A stretch of 64,000 bases of DNA, from the NCBI RefSeq assembly GCF_006345805.1, contig NC_043008.1, positions 38,130,001-38,194,000 on the forward strand, read 5' to 3'. Numbering within the stretch: position 1 is the stretch's first letter; every line of letters begins with the position of its first letter. Below, one piece after another: positions 13,316 through 27,409 of this stretch. This DNA comes from Octopus sinensis. Lineage: Eukaryota. The notes under the pieces were generated by a model. That model had not been told where the DNA came from. It was given only the letters and a program-made list of their open reading frames with translations, and did not search any database. A program made the position numbers and the translations under genes.

Positions 13316-13615
13316 GGAGGCACAATGGCCCAGTGGTTAGGGCAGCGGACTCGCAGTTGTAGGATCGCTGTTTCGATTCCCAGACCGGGTGTTGTAAGTG
13401 TTTATTGAGCGAAACACCTGAAGCTCCACGAAGCTTTAGCAGGAGTAGGGGTGGCAATCCTTGCTGTACTCTTTCAGCACAACCTTCTCTCACTCTTTCT
13501 TCTGTTGGCCTGCTCACTTAGTCAGCAGGGTGGCGTCATTTGAAGACTAAAACAATGCGAAGCGTATTGTGAACAGCGTCGTGTAGCAACATCTGATAGC
13601 CTGATCGGTCACAGT
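13316..13615 (+). mobile_element. tRNA-derived SINE (family C-related)
   Basis: ggaggcacaatggcccagtggttagggcagcggactcgc...gtttcgattccc has A/B-box-like motifs; body resembles the 51689 and 58838 copies in the first half. Confidence 0.8.
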
Positions 13616-13700
13616 GATATATATATATTTATACACATACGCACATATACACACAGACACACATGTATACATGTATATATGCATATATATATGTGGCTAC

Positions 13701-14100
13701 AGGTGTGACTGTGTGGAAACAGCTTGCTTTCCCTCTTCATAATTCCGGGTTCAGTCCCATAGTGTGGCACTTTGGTCAAGTGTCTTCAAGTGGATGTAAT
13801 TGGTAGACGGAAACTGAAAGAAGCCGAAAATGCGGCGAACTGGCAGAAACGTTAGCACACCGAGTAAAATGCTTAGCGTTATTTCATCTGCCACTATGTT
13901 CTGATTTCAAATTATGCCGAGGTCGACTTGGCTTTTTATCCAGTTCTGCACTGGGGTCGATATAATCGACTTAATCCTTTGTCTGTCCTTGTTTGTCCCC
14001 TCTGTGTTTAACCTCTTGTGGGCAATAAAGAAATAAGAAACTGAAAGAAGCCTGTTGCACATATGTGTATGTGTGCATGCATGTGCATGCTTGTATGTAT
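13701..14100 (+). mobile_element. Old family A SINE interrupted by a family B SINE (13826-14036)
   Basis: Exact 16-bp TSD gaaactgaaagaagcc at 13810-13825 and 14037-14052; this sequence is part of the family A body. Confidence 0.85.
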
Positions 14101-14424
14101 ACACGTTTATATGTATATATGTATATGTATCACTATTTCCTTGCCTTAGTATTGCATGATCATTTTAAATGAGAGTCATCATGTAAGCCCTGTCTTTTAT
14201 TTCCAATGCACTGCGAAAGGATGCCTGATCATGTTGAACATATTCTCTTACTTGCAAGCAGGTGAGGGCATCTGGTTGCAGAAAAATCTGTCTCAGCAAA
14301 TTCCATGTGACTCATGCCATTTTATTTACCATTAGACAGATATAAACTGTTTTTACTCTGTATAATTATAACTACCCCAAAAGTCCAACCCTGTCGCATT
14401 ACATCACAGCAATTGAAAATTATA

Positions 14425-15071
14425 TTAACCCTTTACCATTCAGATTACTCTGTCAAATGTGATGCTTATTTATTCACATTGTCTTGAGTTAATCATGTAT
14501 TATCTCATAGCTTCAGATTTCAATGATGTTCTTTTTTTTCTGTTCTTTCTTTTACATGTTTCAGTCATTTGACTGTGGACATGCTGGAGCACCGCCTTTA
14601 GTTGAGCAAATCGACCCCCAGGACTTATTTTTTGTAAGCCTAGTACTTATTCTATTGGTCTGTTTTGCTGAACTGCTAAGTAACGGGGACATAAACACAC
14701 CAGCATCGGTTGTCAAACAATGTTGGGAGGACGAGCACAGACACACAAACATATACACACATACATACATATATACATATATGATGGGCTTCTTTCAGTT
14801 TCCGTCTACCAAATCCACTCACAAGACTTTGGTCAGCCTGAGGCTATAGTAGAAGACACTTGCCCAAGGTGCCACGTAGTGGGAATGAACCCGGTACCAT
14901 GTGGTTGGTAAGCAAGCTACTTACCACACAGCCACTCCTACACATGATGAGATCATTTATTCTTAGAATGACATTGTAGAGTAGGAGTGAGAGGCTGGAT
15001 TGGACTAGTTTGAACATAAATTAGGTTGAGTATTTTGGCCAAATAAAGCTAGTTTAAATGCTAAATGGTAA
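14425..15071. mobile_element. TTAA-CCCTTT MITE interrupted by a family A SINE (14530-14940, minus)
   Basis: Starts ttaaccctttaccattcag and ends tttaaatgctaaatggtaa. SINE is flanked by atgatg at 14523-14528 and 14944-14949. The MITE halves join to match the 355-566 copy. Confidence 0.75.
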
Positions 15072-15559
15072 AGAGTAGACAGTCAACATGCGAGAAGCAA
15101 CTCAGATAAGCAAGCATATTCCACAAGTCAGATATTCAAACACAACTCTAACAAGATCTTATACACCACAATAAGTGAAATATCAAAGAAATAGAAAAGA
15201 TTGTGGAAGTAAAAGATCTCATTATGTCGGTGAACCTATTAACTCACGTGAACATAGATTTCTATAATATTAACGCTTTTGTCTTAGTTATTAACCTCAT
15301 TCTGTTTAATATAGAATATTTGAAGCTTGTTATGTCTTCTGATAAAATATATTGTTGTAAGCAATAATTTGAATGTCGAAAAGAAGTTATTAATTTGGAT
15401 AAATTCTGTTAATATTGTTTTGGACTACTTTTATTACTTAGTAATATGTTTAATGTAGTCGTGGCAATTACTGTTCTTTAAATATAGTTATATGAAATGA
15501 ATAATATATTTCATATTTTATTACAAAATTGGAGCCATTCATTATATTGCAGCAGCAAG

Positions 15560-15644
<85 letters not shown>

Positions 15645-15756
15645 TCCTCTCAGAATGAAGTTGTCGCATGTTTATATAGATTTATATATATATATATAAA
15701 TCTCCACTCTCCTCTTGGTTTTCAATTATATATATATATATATATATGTATATCCA

Positions 15757-15788
<32 letters not shown>

Positions 15789-15995
15789 GATAGATAGATA
15801 GATATAGATATAGATATATATATACATATCTATACATGTACATATACACACAAACATACCTGTATATATTTATTTATATATGTATATGTATATATCTGTG
15901 TATATAAATACATACATGCATATATATATGTGTGTGTGTGTTTGTATGTGCATATGTATGTATTTGTGTGTGTATATATATTTGTATGTGTATTC

Positions 15996-16061
<66 letters not shown>

Positions 16062-16300
16062 GTACATATGTATACACATACACACACATATATGAAATAA
16101 AAATAGATTATCAAAAATGATCAAAGAGAAGTTAAGAAATAATATTCAGTTATGAAGTTGGTGAGCTAGCAGAAATGTTAGAACACTGGGCGAACTTAAT
16201 AAATTATGTACCAGTTGCGTACTGTGGTCAATCTAATCAACTGGACCCCACCCCCAAAATTTCGGGCCTTGTGCCTAAAGTAGAAAATAATATTCAGTGA

Positions 16301-16725
16301 TTCTTTATTCTTTTATTTGTTTCAGTCATTTGACTGTGGCCATGCTAGAGCACTGCCTTTTTAGTTGAACAAGTCGACCCCAGGACTTATTCTTTGTAAG
16401 CTTAGTACTTATTTTATTAGTCTCTTTTTCCGAACTGCTAAGTTACGTGGACATAAACTCACCAACATTGGTTGTCAAGTTATGATGGGGAGACAAACAC
16501 AGACACACAAACATACACACACACATACACATACCTATATATATATATATATATAAATGTATAGATATGACAAGGTTCTTTCAGTTTCCATCTACCAAAT
16601 CCACTCACAAGGCTTTGGTCCACCCAAAGCTATAGTAAAAGACACTTGCCCAAGTTGTCACACAGTGGGACTGAACCCAGAACCATGTGGTCAGTAAGCA
16701 AGCTACTTACCACACAGCCACTCCT
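16301..16725 (-). mobile_element. SINE family A
   Basis: Same body as 10080-10490. Confidence 0.9.
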
Positions 16726-17277
16726 ATGCCTAGGTAGGATACACTTTACAGTAAGTTGAACATGAAGAAACAATTTGGTTCTTTAAAAAAATCCACAAAT
16801 ATATTGAGATTAGATGTGGTGTTATAAACAGCAGATAAAAAGGATCATTCTAAAGCAAAGGAGAAAAGCTTATTACTACAGGTACGACATTGATTCTCTA
16901 GGATTTTTGGTTTCCAAGCCATTCCAAGATCATTGACTTATTTAACCAGGGGTGGTCACAATCCAAATTAAACAAATATTAAATATACTTTGATCACTAA
17001 ATGAAAATCAGTTGAAATTTAGAAGCTTGTATATGTGTATAAGTAATAAAGTTTATTAGCAGTGTACTGTCCAAAGTAAACTAGTCTGCTAGCTGCAGGA
17101 ATTTAAAGTTCCTGCTCATGAATTTGTATGGATTATAGAAGGTTCTAGACACTCAGTGTTCGAAAAGATCAGTGTTGTGTTTGTATCACATAAAGCTATG
17201 AGATACCAGATAAAAAGTATTCAAGAACATAAGTTGAATAAGCAAAATCCATGTAAAAATTAATTATGATACATGAT

Positions 17278-17618
17278 GTGAAGGCACATGGCTCAGTGGT
17301 TACAGCATCGAGCTTACAATCACGAGGTTGTGAGCTCGAATCCCGGACCAGGCTGCGTGTTGTGTTCTTGAGCAAGACACTTTATTTCACGTTGCTCCAG
17401 CTCACTCAGCTGTAGAAATGAGTTGCGATGTCACTGGTGCCAAGCTGTATCGGCCTTTGCCTTTCCCTTGGATAACACTGGTGGCATGGAGAGGGGGAGG
17501 TCGGTATGCATAGGCGACTGCTGGTCTTCCATAAACAACCTTGCCCAGACTTGTGCCTGGGAATATAACTTTCTAGGTGCAATCTCATGGTCTGTGGCAT
17601 CACCGAAGGGGGTCTCAG
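17278..17618 (+). mobile_element. tRNA-derived SINE family E (CORE-like central domain)
   Basis: gtgaaggcacatggctcagtggtt...ctcgaatccc, then tgtgttcttgagcaagacactttatttcacgttgctccag. TSD acatgatgt at 17271-17279 and 17619-17627. Confidence 0.85.
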
Positions 17619-18115
17619 ACATGATGTTCTAGCAAAGGATTTGTTAAATACAATAATATAATCGTATTTTGGGGTCAGTTTATGTATGGCATTTTGACAC
17701 CTATCAGCCAAGTCCACAGGAAAGAGGCTCTTCTGTTGGGTAAAGAGTGTTCTAGAGTATAAACATACAAATTTTTATGGTAAAATGCTAGTGTTTCTGA
17801 ATTTTTGTTGAGTAGGGAATTGTCAGCAGAATATTTCCAGGATTTCTCCTATGGACAAAGTACCATGTCTTTTTTACTGCATACTCTTGCTTTAATTATG
17901 TATCAGATTATTCATGTGATTATATACATATGCATACACACCCAACCATACACACACATATTAGTTACATATAATTATCAGCATATGAATATATATTCAT
18001 GTTTATGTGTGTACATACATATCTATATAAACATACCTTATCCTTTATATATACTGTTTAGTATTTACATGTTAAAAATACATATCTATCTACTTGTTCT
18101 AACACACACACACAC

Positions 18116-18196
<81 letters not shown>

Positions 18197-19389
18197 CATA
18201 TATACATTTAAACAAGCATGCATACACTCACACACACATATATACACTATATTTATTCATGTGTAATGCACACTTATATATAATGTGTACCATGAATAAT
18301 TGGCAAAAACTCTAGGAAAAATTGTTGTCATATATAATAAGCACAGATTGTTTTGAAAATTGCAATGTAAAGGAAAAGAAGTATTCAGTCACGTTTATTA
18401 TAATAGTTATATGAAATACACTAAAAATAAAAAGTTGCTGTATCTTAAATGAAACAATAAGCAAATTCAAAAGTAACCTTTGAACTTTACACGTATAAGG
18501 TTTAAATGTGCTTCTGTCATGTAGCCTGCATCATGAAAAAAATCACGATGTATTTTTTTCTCAGAAATCAATTTTATTTTTATAGGGGCTGTGTCATTTA
18601 AATAAATCTATTTTCAAATTTACTATTTACTTCCTACAGTGATGCACACATAATCGTGTTGCCCCAGGAGGATAACATATAAGGTTTTTAAGCATAGATT
18701 AAAAAAAGAAACTTCCTTTGTCGTTATATTAAATAATTCTATACATGGCCTTCAAATTTTTATTCTTTAACATCAGCCATTCAGGATGAGATATTAATTA
18801 TTTCCTTGTCTTTAGTTTAAATTTCTGTTTTAGTTTTGTTAATTTATTAACATCAGCTTCCCAATAAATTGAAACACAACATTTCAGTTTACAGGAAGTT
18901 AAAAAACATTTTAAACACTCTATTTAGTATTTGTTACATAACTTCTTTGAACACAAATTGTGTTGGTATTGTACATATGTAGTAAGAGTTTATAGTACAA
19001 ATTCTTTCTTGATAAAAATAAAAGCAATGCTCCATTGCTATCAATGTCAATTTTATTTTTTCTGATTACTTCATGTCAAGGATAATGAGCAAAATGTTGC
19101 TGTACTTTGTCAAGAATTGATCGATTCGATTTCCGATGTGGACATACTTATAGAAATATAATGATCAATTTAAAATATTATCATAGAAAATGTAACTTTA
19201 TTAGAGTGATTTCAACTCTTCATTAAACATTGGTTATCTTGGTTGATGTAACATACTTCTGATCATGCCTAGCCAATAAGGGTTACACATTTGACTGGAA
19301 AATCAGCAACATTTTGTTCTCATATAAAGAGAGCAACTGTAATATTTATATTAAAAAATCCAGGAAGTGCATATTATGCACGGATAAAG

Positions 19390-19575
19390 GCAGTGGCATG
19401 TAAAAGAACCCACTACACTCTCAGAGTGGTTGGCATTAGGAAGGTCATCCAGTTGTAGAAACTCTGCCAGATCAAGATTGAAGCTTGGTGCAGCCATCTG
19501 GTTCACCAGCCCTCAGTCAAATCGTCCAACCCATGCTAGCATGGAAAGCGGACGTTAAACGAGGATGATAATGAT
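19390..19575 (+). mobile_element. Family F retroposon 3' end
   Basis: ...catgctagcatggaaagcggacgttaaacgaggatgataatgat. Confidence 0.85.
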
Positions 19576-20974
19576 CTTTATATACATCTTATTTATTAGT
19601 ATAAATATATATGTGAAAGTTCTGTGTGTGAATGTGTGTGTGTGTGTGTGCGTGTGTGTGTGTTTGTAAGTGGCATATAAATATGTATATACATACACAC
19701 ACCAACACCCTCCTCCTCGCATGTATATTTAAACGTAACTTATTGACAGTTATTGTATAGTTCACTGAGCCTACATTTTATGGGAGGTTAAAAATATCCT
19801 CTAATATTTAACAGGTGGGTAACTTTATGAATTATATCATGTTGAATTCATTAATTATTGCTCAGACAAAAAATTTTGCTTTAGACTCATATAATTCTAA
19901 AGTAAATAACTGGTGAGAGAGGTTCAACTCAGCAGGTTGCTGTTAGAGCTCATATCATTGTTAACCCTTAAGAACAGTCAATTGGCATAATTGGAATGAA
20001 CAGAGTTGGCATATTTTTAGAAGAGTAGAAAAATTTAGTAAAATCTTATAAGAAGGAAATGGCCAGCATATCTTTTTAATAACAAAATACCTGGCACTAA
20101 TGATGACAATAAATAGAATTCCAAGACATAAAGAAGCTTACTTTCTAACAAATACCTGATTTTACTTCAAAATGATCTTTTTAATCACCTAAGAAATGTC
20201 AAATTCTGGAAATTTAACAACAAATTCCAAATTCATTTAAATAGTAACCTAAATTCCTTAGTGAATTCCAATAAAATACATGCTATTTCCAATAAGAATA
20301 AAAATCTTTATAGCTTAGGTAAAACCATTATAATATATTATTGTCCAAAAGTATCTATAAAATAAATCTTTACATCTTCTATGATTTTATCAACCTATAA
20401 GCAAAGGATAATACCACACACACACACAAAAGAAATTGAGTATAATTCTAAGCCTTATATTTACATTTGTATCATCCTTATGATAATAAAACTAATTTTT
20501 TTAGTCACCCTAAATGTATGTTAACCAATTTTGCCAAACTAAGTTTAGGCACTGACAGTAAAGAAGATCCTCAATTCTATTATTCTAATAAGTAGAAAAA
20601 CCATGCATAGAAACACAATGGACTAATAGAACAGAGCCAAAATATCCATGATTAACAAACTAGCTAACTTACTCTTTTTTGATATTGTGGATTTTTTGCC
20701 TTCTATCACTAAGTTATTTTTTGTTTATTACATGTCATAAGACATCCTATAACAATCTGATTACTTGCTTGTGGTGATCAGATACAATTCTTTCAAATAT
20801 TTCTTTCAGTTTTTACATTCTCAATCTGTATCAACTCTGCTTGCAACGTCTGTTTTCACAAAACTTTGCAGTGAATATTTACAAAATATTTTAAACATTA
20901 CAGTGGCACTTCATCAGATTTGCCTCAAATGTGTACTCTAACATTGTTCGCCTATATATAAAGTAAATGTAAAG

Positions 20975-21270
20975 ATCTCCTTCAGTTGTGAATGACCATG
21001 CAATCACAGCTAGAAAGTTCTCCTCCAAAGCACAGGTCCAAGCAAGGTTATATGTAGAAGACCAGCAGTCACCCATGCATTCCACTCCCTTATCCATGCC
21101 ACTGATGTTGCCCAGGAGAAATATAAAGGCTGATACAGCTTGGCACCAGTGATGTTGCAATTCATTTCTACACTTGAGTGAACTGGAGCAGCATGAAATA
21201 AAATGTTTTGCTCAAGAACACAACACACAAGAATCGAACTCATAACCTCACGATTGTGAGCCTGATGCTC
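20975..21270 (-). mobile_element. SINE family E, inverted relative to the 17278 copy
   Basis: Reverse complement matches 17278-17618 (gctgatacagcttggcaccagtgatgttgcaattcatttctac...cttgctcaagaacacaacac). Confidence 0.8.
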
Positions 21271-22008
21271 TGTGTACACAAACACACAAATAACAAGTTT
21301 ATGATTGATATTTATTCAAAAGAAGCATCAATGTTGAAAAGTAATTAAAATCTAAGCTACTAATTCAAAGAGAAGGAAAAGGCAGCAACTAAGTCACCAA
21401 AGGGTGGATTATTTAAAAATATAACTGGAAAAATATGTATGATTGTCAATTAAATATTTCTTACATTAAATAACTGAAATTAACTATGATGTCAGAATAA
21501 ATAACTGTGGTATTTGAGAACATATATGGTTAAGTTAATAATAGCGTTACTGTTGCTAAAAAGTAAATATACTGATTTAGTTCATGAAAACTAATGGCAG
21601 AAAACTTATACAAGAATGTCAATAAAGCTACATCTGAAAAGATACATTGAAATTTTTGATAAGTAAACAATACATACTTTTAAAATAAATATTAGTGAAT
21701 ACTGACAAGTATTTACATAGATATAAGCAGGTATAAACATCTAACTTATATAGAACAAATTATGAAACTCTCAAAGAGGTGGAAGAAGTTATTAAATGAA
21801 TATTGTAGGAAAAATATAATTAAAGTCTTTAAATTCTGTTAGAGAAAAATTCTGTTACGAATGAAAGCCATGTAAATAAAATTTTTACTCTGGAACAATC
21901 GTCCTTAGTTTAAAGTTGTCTAGCTGAATAGCAAGCAAATACAAAGAAACACATAAATAATATGTTGGTATAAGTATGCATGATTCTATGTACAAAGACT
22001 TAAAATTG

Positions 22009-22136
<128 letters not shown>

Positions 22137-22182
22137 TATATATATACAAATATATGTACGTGTATCTATCTATATCTACATT

Positions 22183-22243
<61 letters not shown>

Positions 22244-22262
22244 CATACATATACATGTATAA

Positions 22263-22296
<34 letters not shown>

Positions 22297-24216
22297 GTAT
22301 GAACATATATATACATACATATGTGTATTTATGTACATATGTATTTGTGTATATATTGCTTGTTGTTTCCAACTTATTTTCCATGATAGAATGGGTTTGG
22401 ACAGAGTTATTTGAAGTAAGTTTTTATGGCTGGATGCTTTTCCTGTGGCCAATCCTTTTTCTGTTTTTCAAGTATCCACAGGTTCTGGGAAGTGCAGAAT
22501 TATTGGTTATAATTTTGACAAAGGATACCAACGTCAGCATGGCTTTGATCAAAGCTGTGACAAGCCTGGAATATAAGCATTCACACAGATTTTTGGTTTT
22601 GAGTTTATTATCTGTTATCTATTTATTCTTCTATCTATATATACTTTTCTCTATTTCAACTATAGTACATAATACATTTTCATAGTCATACATAGACACA
22701 TATCAAACAAATAAAAATATATATATTTCCACACACATACACAACCATATATATATATACATATCAGACTAGCATATTGAATTGAAACACAGACACACAC
22801 AAACACCAACACATATCAAAGATTTGCATTTGACATACAACCATCCACCACTAAGACCTAAGAGTGGCCCTGATGTACATATTGGAATTAAGAAATATAT
22901 CATCTAGTATATGATATTTAATATAAATTGCATATTATGTATTAAGAATATATCTCACAACATACAGTCTATAATTATAATTGAAACTTGTGTGTAGAAA
23001 TAACAAGTGGCCTAATACAAGTTATAAAACCCTCCAGAGCCGTCTCTCATAATACATAATATCATATATATTTCATAAAGCTTCACAATTTCGCTTTGAA
23101 AATAGACGTATAATGAAACATATTTTATACATGACATACACTCAGACTTGAAATGCATATTTTTTTAATATTATTGTATATGGATTTACCTTATTTAATA
23201 AATGATATAGACAAATAGTATTCAGAAATCTTTTCATACATATATTCATAATATGCAGATATAATTCGTTTATTATACTGTGAACATGAAAGCTTTCATA
23301 CATGTATTCATACATGGTATAAAGCATCCCTGTATCTATTCATGCACGTATTCACAATACACATAAACATATCATTCATATCAACTGTAGACATATAATT
23401 CCACATAATTCTTAGCTTACATCTATTCTCAATTACACAGTTATAGTAGTTTCATAGAACCACAAGGAAAGCCAAAAACACATTCACATTGTATTTAAAA
23501 TGTAGTGGTAGCGACCATGTACAGTTAGCATATTCATAGATATTTAAAATGAATATATTATACATGGAGTGTATGTCCATGCAACACTTGAATTCCAGAC
23601 ACACAAATGAATATAAATATATAAATAAACTGAAATGTAGATAAATAATAAGGAGAAAACCCAGTTCACAAAGTCAATATTTATAAGGTGCAAATGTAGA
23701 TTGCATCGTAGGTCAAGATTATGTTCCTTAGTAAAAGAGTAAAATATAGGAAACAGCAAATTAAAAACAAATATATAAAACTGGGTATCATAAAGTATTA
23801 CTTATTTACAGCAGATAGATTAACAGAGTAATTGTAAATGTAATACACCAAGTTATCTAATCTGTTGGAACAGTTAAGGGATTTCCAGTCAGGGTAAGTT
23901 TTTAGAATTTTATGATTAATCAAGGCAATAAATGCAGACAACTTATTTAATAAAGGGACCTTGGAAAAGAAATTTGCTGTTCATCCTCTATGCTTTTCCA
24001 CTTTCCTTATGTTAGTGAGCAATATAACAAAATCTCATTTCATATTAAAAGTTGTGCCAAATGTTGGCTGATAGGCAAAGTGAATTTTTCTGTTAAGATT
24101 TTGGAAACCAAAAAGGGGGTGTAAAAGTAAGGTCTGCTTATAAAAGTATTTGCAGTAAGTTTTATGTAAACGTTTCTCTATTAAGACTTTTAATTGTACA
24201 TCTATAAATAATAGGT

Positions 24217-24476
24217 GGAGGCACGTGGCTTAGTGGTTCGGGTGTCAGCATCATGATCGTAAGATTGTGGTTTCGATTCCTGGACCAGGCGACGCATTGT
24301 GCTCTTGAGCAAAACACTTCATTTCACGTTGCTCCAGTCCACTCAGCTGGCAAAAATGAGTAACGCCGCAATGGACTGGCGTCCCGTCCAGCTGGGGAAC
24401 ACATAAGCCATAGAAACCGGGAAACCAGGCCCATGAGCCTGGCTAGGATTTAAACAGGCGCATTTATTTATTATTA
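24217..24476 (+). mobile_element. tRNA-derived SINE family D, full length
   Basis: gtggaggcacgtggcttagtggtt...gtttcgattcctgg. 12-bp TSD tataaataatag at 24203-24214 and 24477-24488. Confidence 0.9.
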
Positions 24477-24715
24477 TATAAATAATAGACTTTTTCAGAC
24501 TTTAAAGACATACTCAAGGAGTGATGTAATTACAACTAAAAGTAGTTTGATTACACACAGGATTACTTAACCATGCTCTCATTAGCTATATTACATGGTA
24601 TATCTGGTATGGCAAGATAAGATAATTTAACTACTAAAAGTGCAGTATTATTAATATCTATGCTAAGGTGGTGAACAGACAGAACTGTTAGGACACTGGA
24701 TGAAATAATAATAAT

Positions 24716-25466
24716 AATAATAATAATAATGTTAATGTTGTTATTAGTAAAATTTCTATGAAAATAATTGATTCTCAAAACATGAACTTTTTATGTATTC
24801 TTAAAACAAGAACAACAATATTTTTTCTACAATTATGCTGTTCCCAGAGATTAGCCATTTGTCTTTTTTGTTGACATATAATGCTATATACATACATATA
24901 TATAAATATATAAAATGCTATATACATATAAATATATATATAAAATGATATATATATATATATGTATAAAATGATATATATATATATATATATATACATG
25001 TATAGCATTTGTGTATGTATATGTAGGTATCCATACTCTGTATTCTTACAGTATTAGAGTTGAATTTGTCTAATATTTTAGATAATCTTGTTATCAAACC
25101 TTTTATGAAAATATTTCTCCAAGAAAGACTTTACATTTCATTTCCTTATCTCCTTGCCACTACATTAATTAGAGTAGAGGAGTGATCTTTTCAAGCCTTT
25201 ATTGAGGGGGAAAGCATCAGTTTTAGCTAACTGTGTCAGCTGGAATATCTTCCGTTTCAATACGGTTCTGATATTGTTAGATTTAATGCACTCAGCACTA
25301 AAAAATGTCAACAGAAAAGGCAAATGGCTAGTCTCTGGGAATGCCATAATTGTAAAAAAAATATTATTGTACTTATTTCAGGAATACATAAAAATTTCAC
25401 GTTTTGAGAATCAATTATTTTCTTAGAAATTTTACTAATAACAACAAGAACATTATTATTATTATT
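24716..25466. mobile_element. Fold-back element / MITE with ~160-bp imperfect terminal inverted repeats
   Basis: 24716-24877 is the reverse complement of 25305-25466 with scattered substitutions (both give MRINYF(H/L)RNFTNNN in the ORF track, on opposite strands). ~430-bp spacer. Confidence 0.8.
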
Positions 25467-25811
25467 GCAACAGGGGCAACCTTTGTATCTTTGAGGCCAT
25501 CGTCATACACCAAAGGAAACCAACCATCAACAGCAGAAGAGAGTTACAGGAAGCTAGCTGGTTGCTACAGCAACTATTTTCCGAACATGTCCACTCCACA
25601 CATACACACACACATCTGTAATATTTGTTAATTTCTTGAGGATGGGATCATGACCCAAAAATATTGAATGCAATGTAAGTCTACATTAATTCATATATTT
25701 GTTTTCTTGTGATTTGCCTTGCTTTTATTTCGCATTGTTCTGACCTTACCCACGATCCTTTATACAATATATATATATACATATACATATATACATACAT
25801 GCACTTATACC

Positions 25812-25843
<32 letters not shown>

Positions 25844-26405
25844 ATATATTATATGCATATATGAACACACACACATATGTATATTTGTATGTACGTCTAT
25901 ATGTATGTATGTATAGAAATCAAAATTAAAAACAAAGGTAGGCAAAACAACAAAAGTCAGAAGTACACACTCAGTGAATGTATTAGATTGATGCTCAGAG
26001 AAAGTTTAAGATGTGAAAAAGAGAAGGGAGATGTTTCAAGTATGGCTCTTCATAAGAAAGAGGAAAGAGGAAAAATATTCAGAGAGAAGTAAAAGAATAG
26101 TTTGAAAAAAAAAAACATGTGTGCTGTTACATGGCTACCTTAGAGGTATAGGAAATAGTTTGTTTTTAATATTTGTTTAAGCTTTCATGATAACAAGTTA
26201 CGATATTTTGTGATTGAAGGAATTTAAACTTCAAGTCCTTCAAATTTTATTATGATTTCATACAAAATAAAAATAGAAAAAAATATTTCATTTTCTGGCT
26301 ATTTTAAAGTTTATACAAATACTTCATAAGCACACACTGAAGCTGTATAAAAACACACAATTAATAAACAAAAATTCAGCTTTGTTTGGAAGCTGAGGCT
26401 CTTAC

Positions 26406-26613
26406 CTTTTACCCGGAGCTGTACAATATGTATCAATTTTTCTTGTGCACTAACTTGACATTCATACAAACCAGCATGATGAGGTTGAACATTTTTTATG
26501 AGCAAATTCCACTGTGTTTGTCCACTCCGCTCCACTGTTAAGCTAGGATCCTCTATAAATGTATACGCTCCAATTGTTAGAGGATGTTTATAGGGTAGCT
26601 TTCGCCATATCAC
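26406..26613 (-). CDS. Internal coding exon of an Ig-superfamily gene (Dpr/DIP/ZIG-8-like), C-terminal part of a V-type Ig domain
   Basis: Acceptor tttttgctttcag| at 26614-26616 and donor AAAG|gtaag at 26405-26401 (minus strand). 208 nt, phase 0 to phase 1. Translation VIWRKLPYKHPLTIGAYTFIEDPSLTVERSGQTQWNLLIKNVQPHHAGLYECQVSAQEKLIHIVQLRVK(G) has the C-strand W, LTIG-xx-TF-xx-D, WNLxI and AGxYECQVS motifs typical of Dpr/ZIG-8 Ig1 domains. Confidence 0.9.
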
Positions 26614-27159
26614 CTGAAAGCAAAAACATTAAAGAAAGTTAATGAAATTCAGCTTGGAGTTAAATGATAAAAACGATGCATGAGAACACACATCTGGCTG
26701 GTCGTTCTTACAAATGATTTAATCTGTTGCATTATTTTTCTTCAAGCATCTTGTAATGAAATCTATACACATAAGGACAGTAAAAATATATAACATCTGA
26801 AGTTATGCAATTCTCAATAAGAGACTATATATATATATATTAAGTCTTTCCTTGTTTGTTTTGCAAAATAGTGGTTTTGTCTCGAATAATATTTTATATA
26901 TATATATATATATATCAGTGTTCTTCATAATGAGTCCTTTTCTCTTTTTCTCTCTAAATTTATTCTTGTTGATTAATAAATTCTTAAGTCTTTCTCCGCT
27001 GCCATCTCTCTACTGCTTCTGACCATGGACTTGATTTCACTTATCTTGAACATTGAAATGATTGACTATTGAGAAGACCATGTTCATTATGCATGGTTGT
27101 GCGGCTAAAATTTCACTTCACAGTCACATTAGTTTGAAGTTCAATCCCATAACATGCCC

Positions 27160-27300
27160 CTTTGCATCACCAACTTCGCCTTTCATCCTTTTGGGGTCGA
27201 TTAAATAAGTACCAGTTACGCACTGGGGTCGATATAATCGACTTAATCTGTTTGTCTGTCCCTTCTGTGTTTAGCCCTTTGTGGATAGTAAAGAAATATA
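27160..27300 (+). mobile_element. 5'-truncated SINE family B
   Basis: caacttcgcctttcatccttttggggtcgattaaataagtaccagttacgcactggggtcgat...gtaaagaaat. Confidence 0.8.
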
Positions 27301-27378
27301 TAATAGACCAATGCCGTGTAAATCATAGATGGAAATTATGTGAAAGATCATTGTGTGTATGTGAGTGTGTGAGTGTAA

Positions 27379-27409
<31 letters not shown>

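Noticed and set aside
14365-14420. Minus-strand CNATG peptide resembling a Dpr/ZIG Ig2 motif
   Set aside because: Immediately flanked by in-frame stops (QLL*CNATGLDFWG*), with no usable splice sites.
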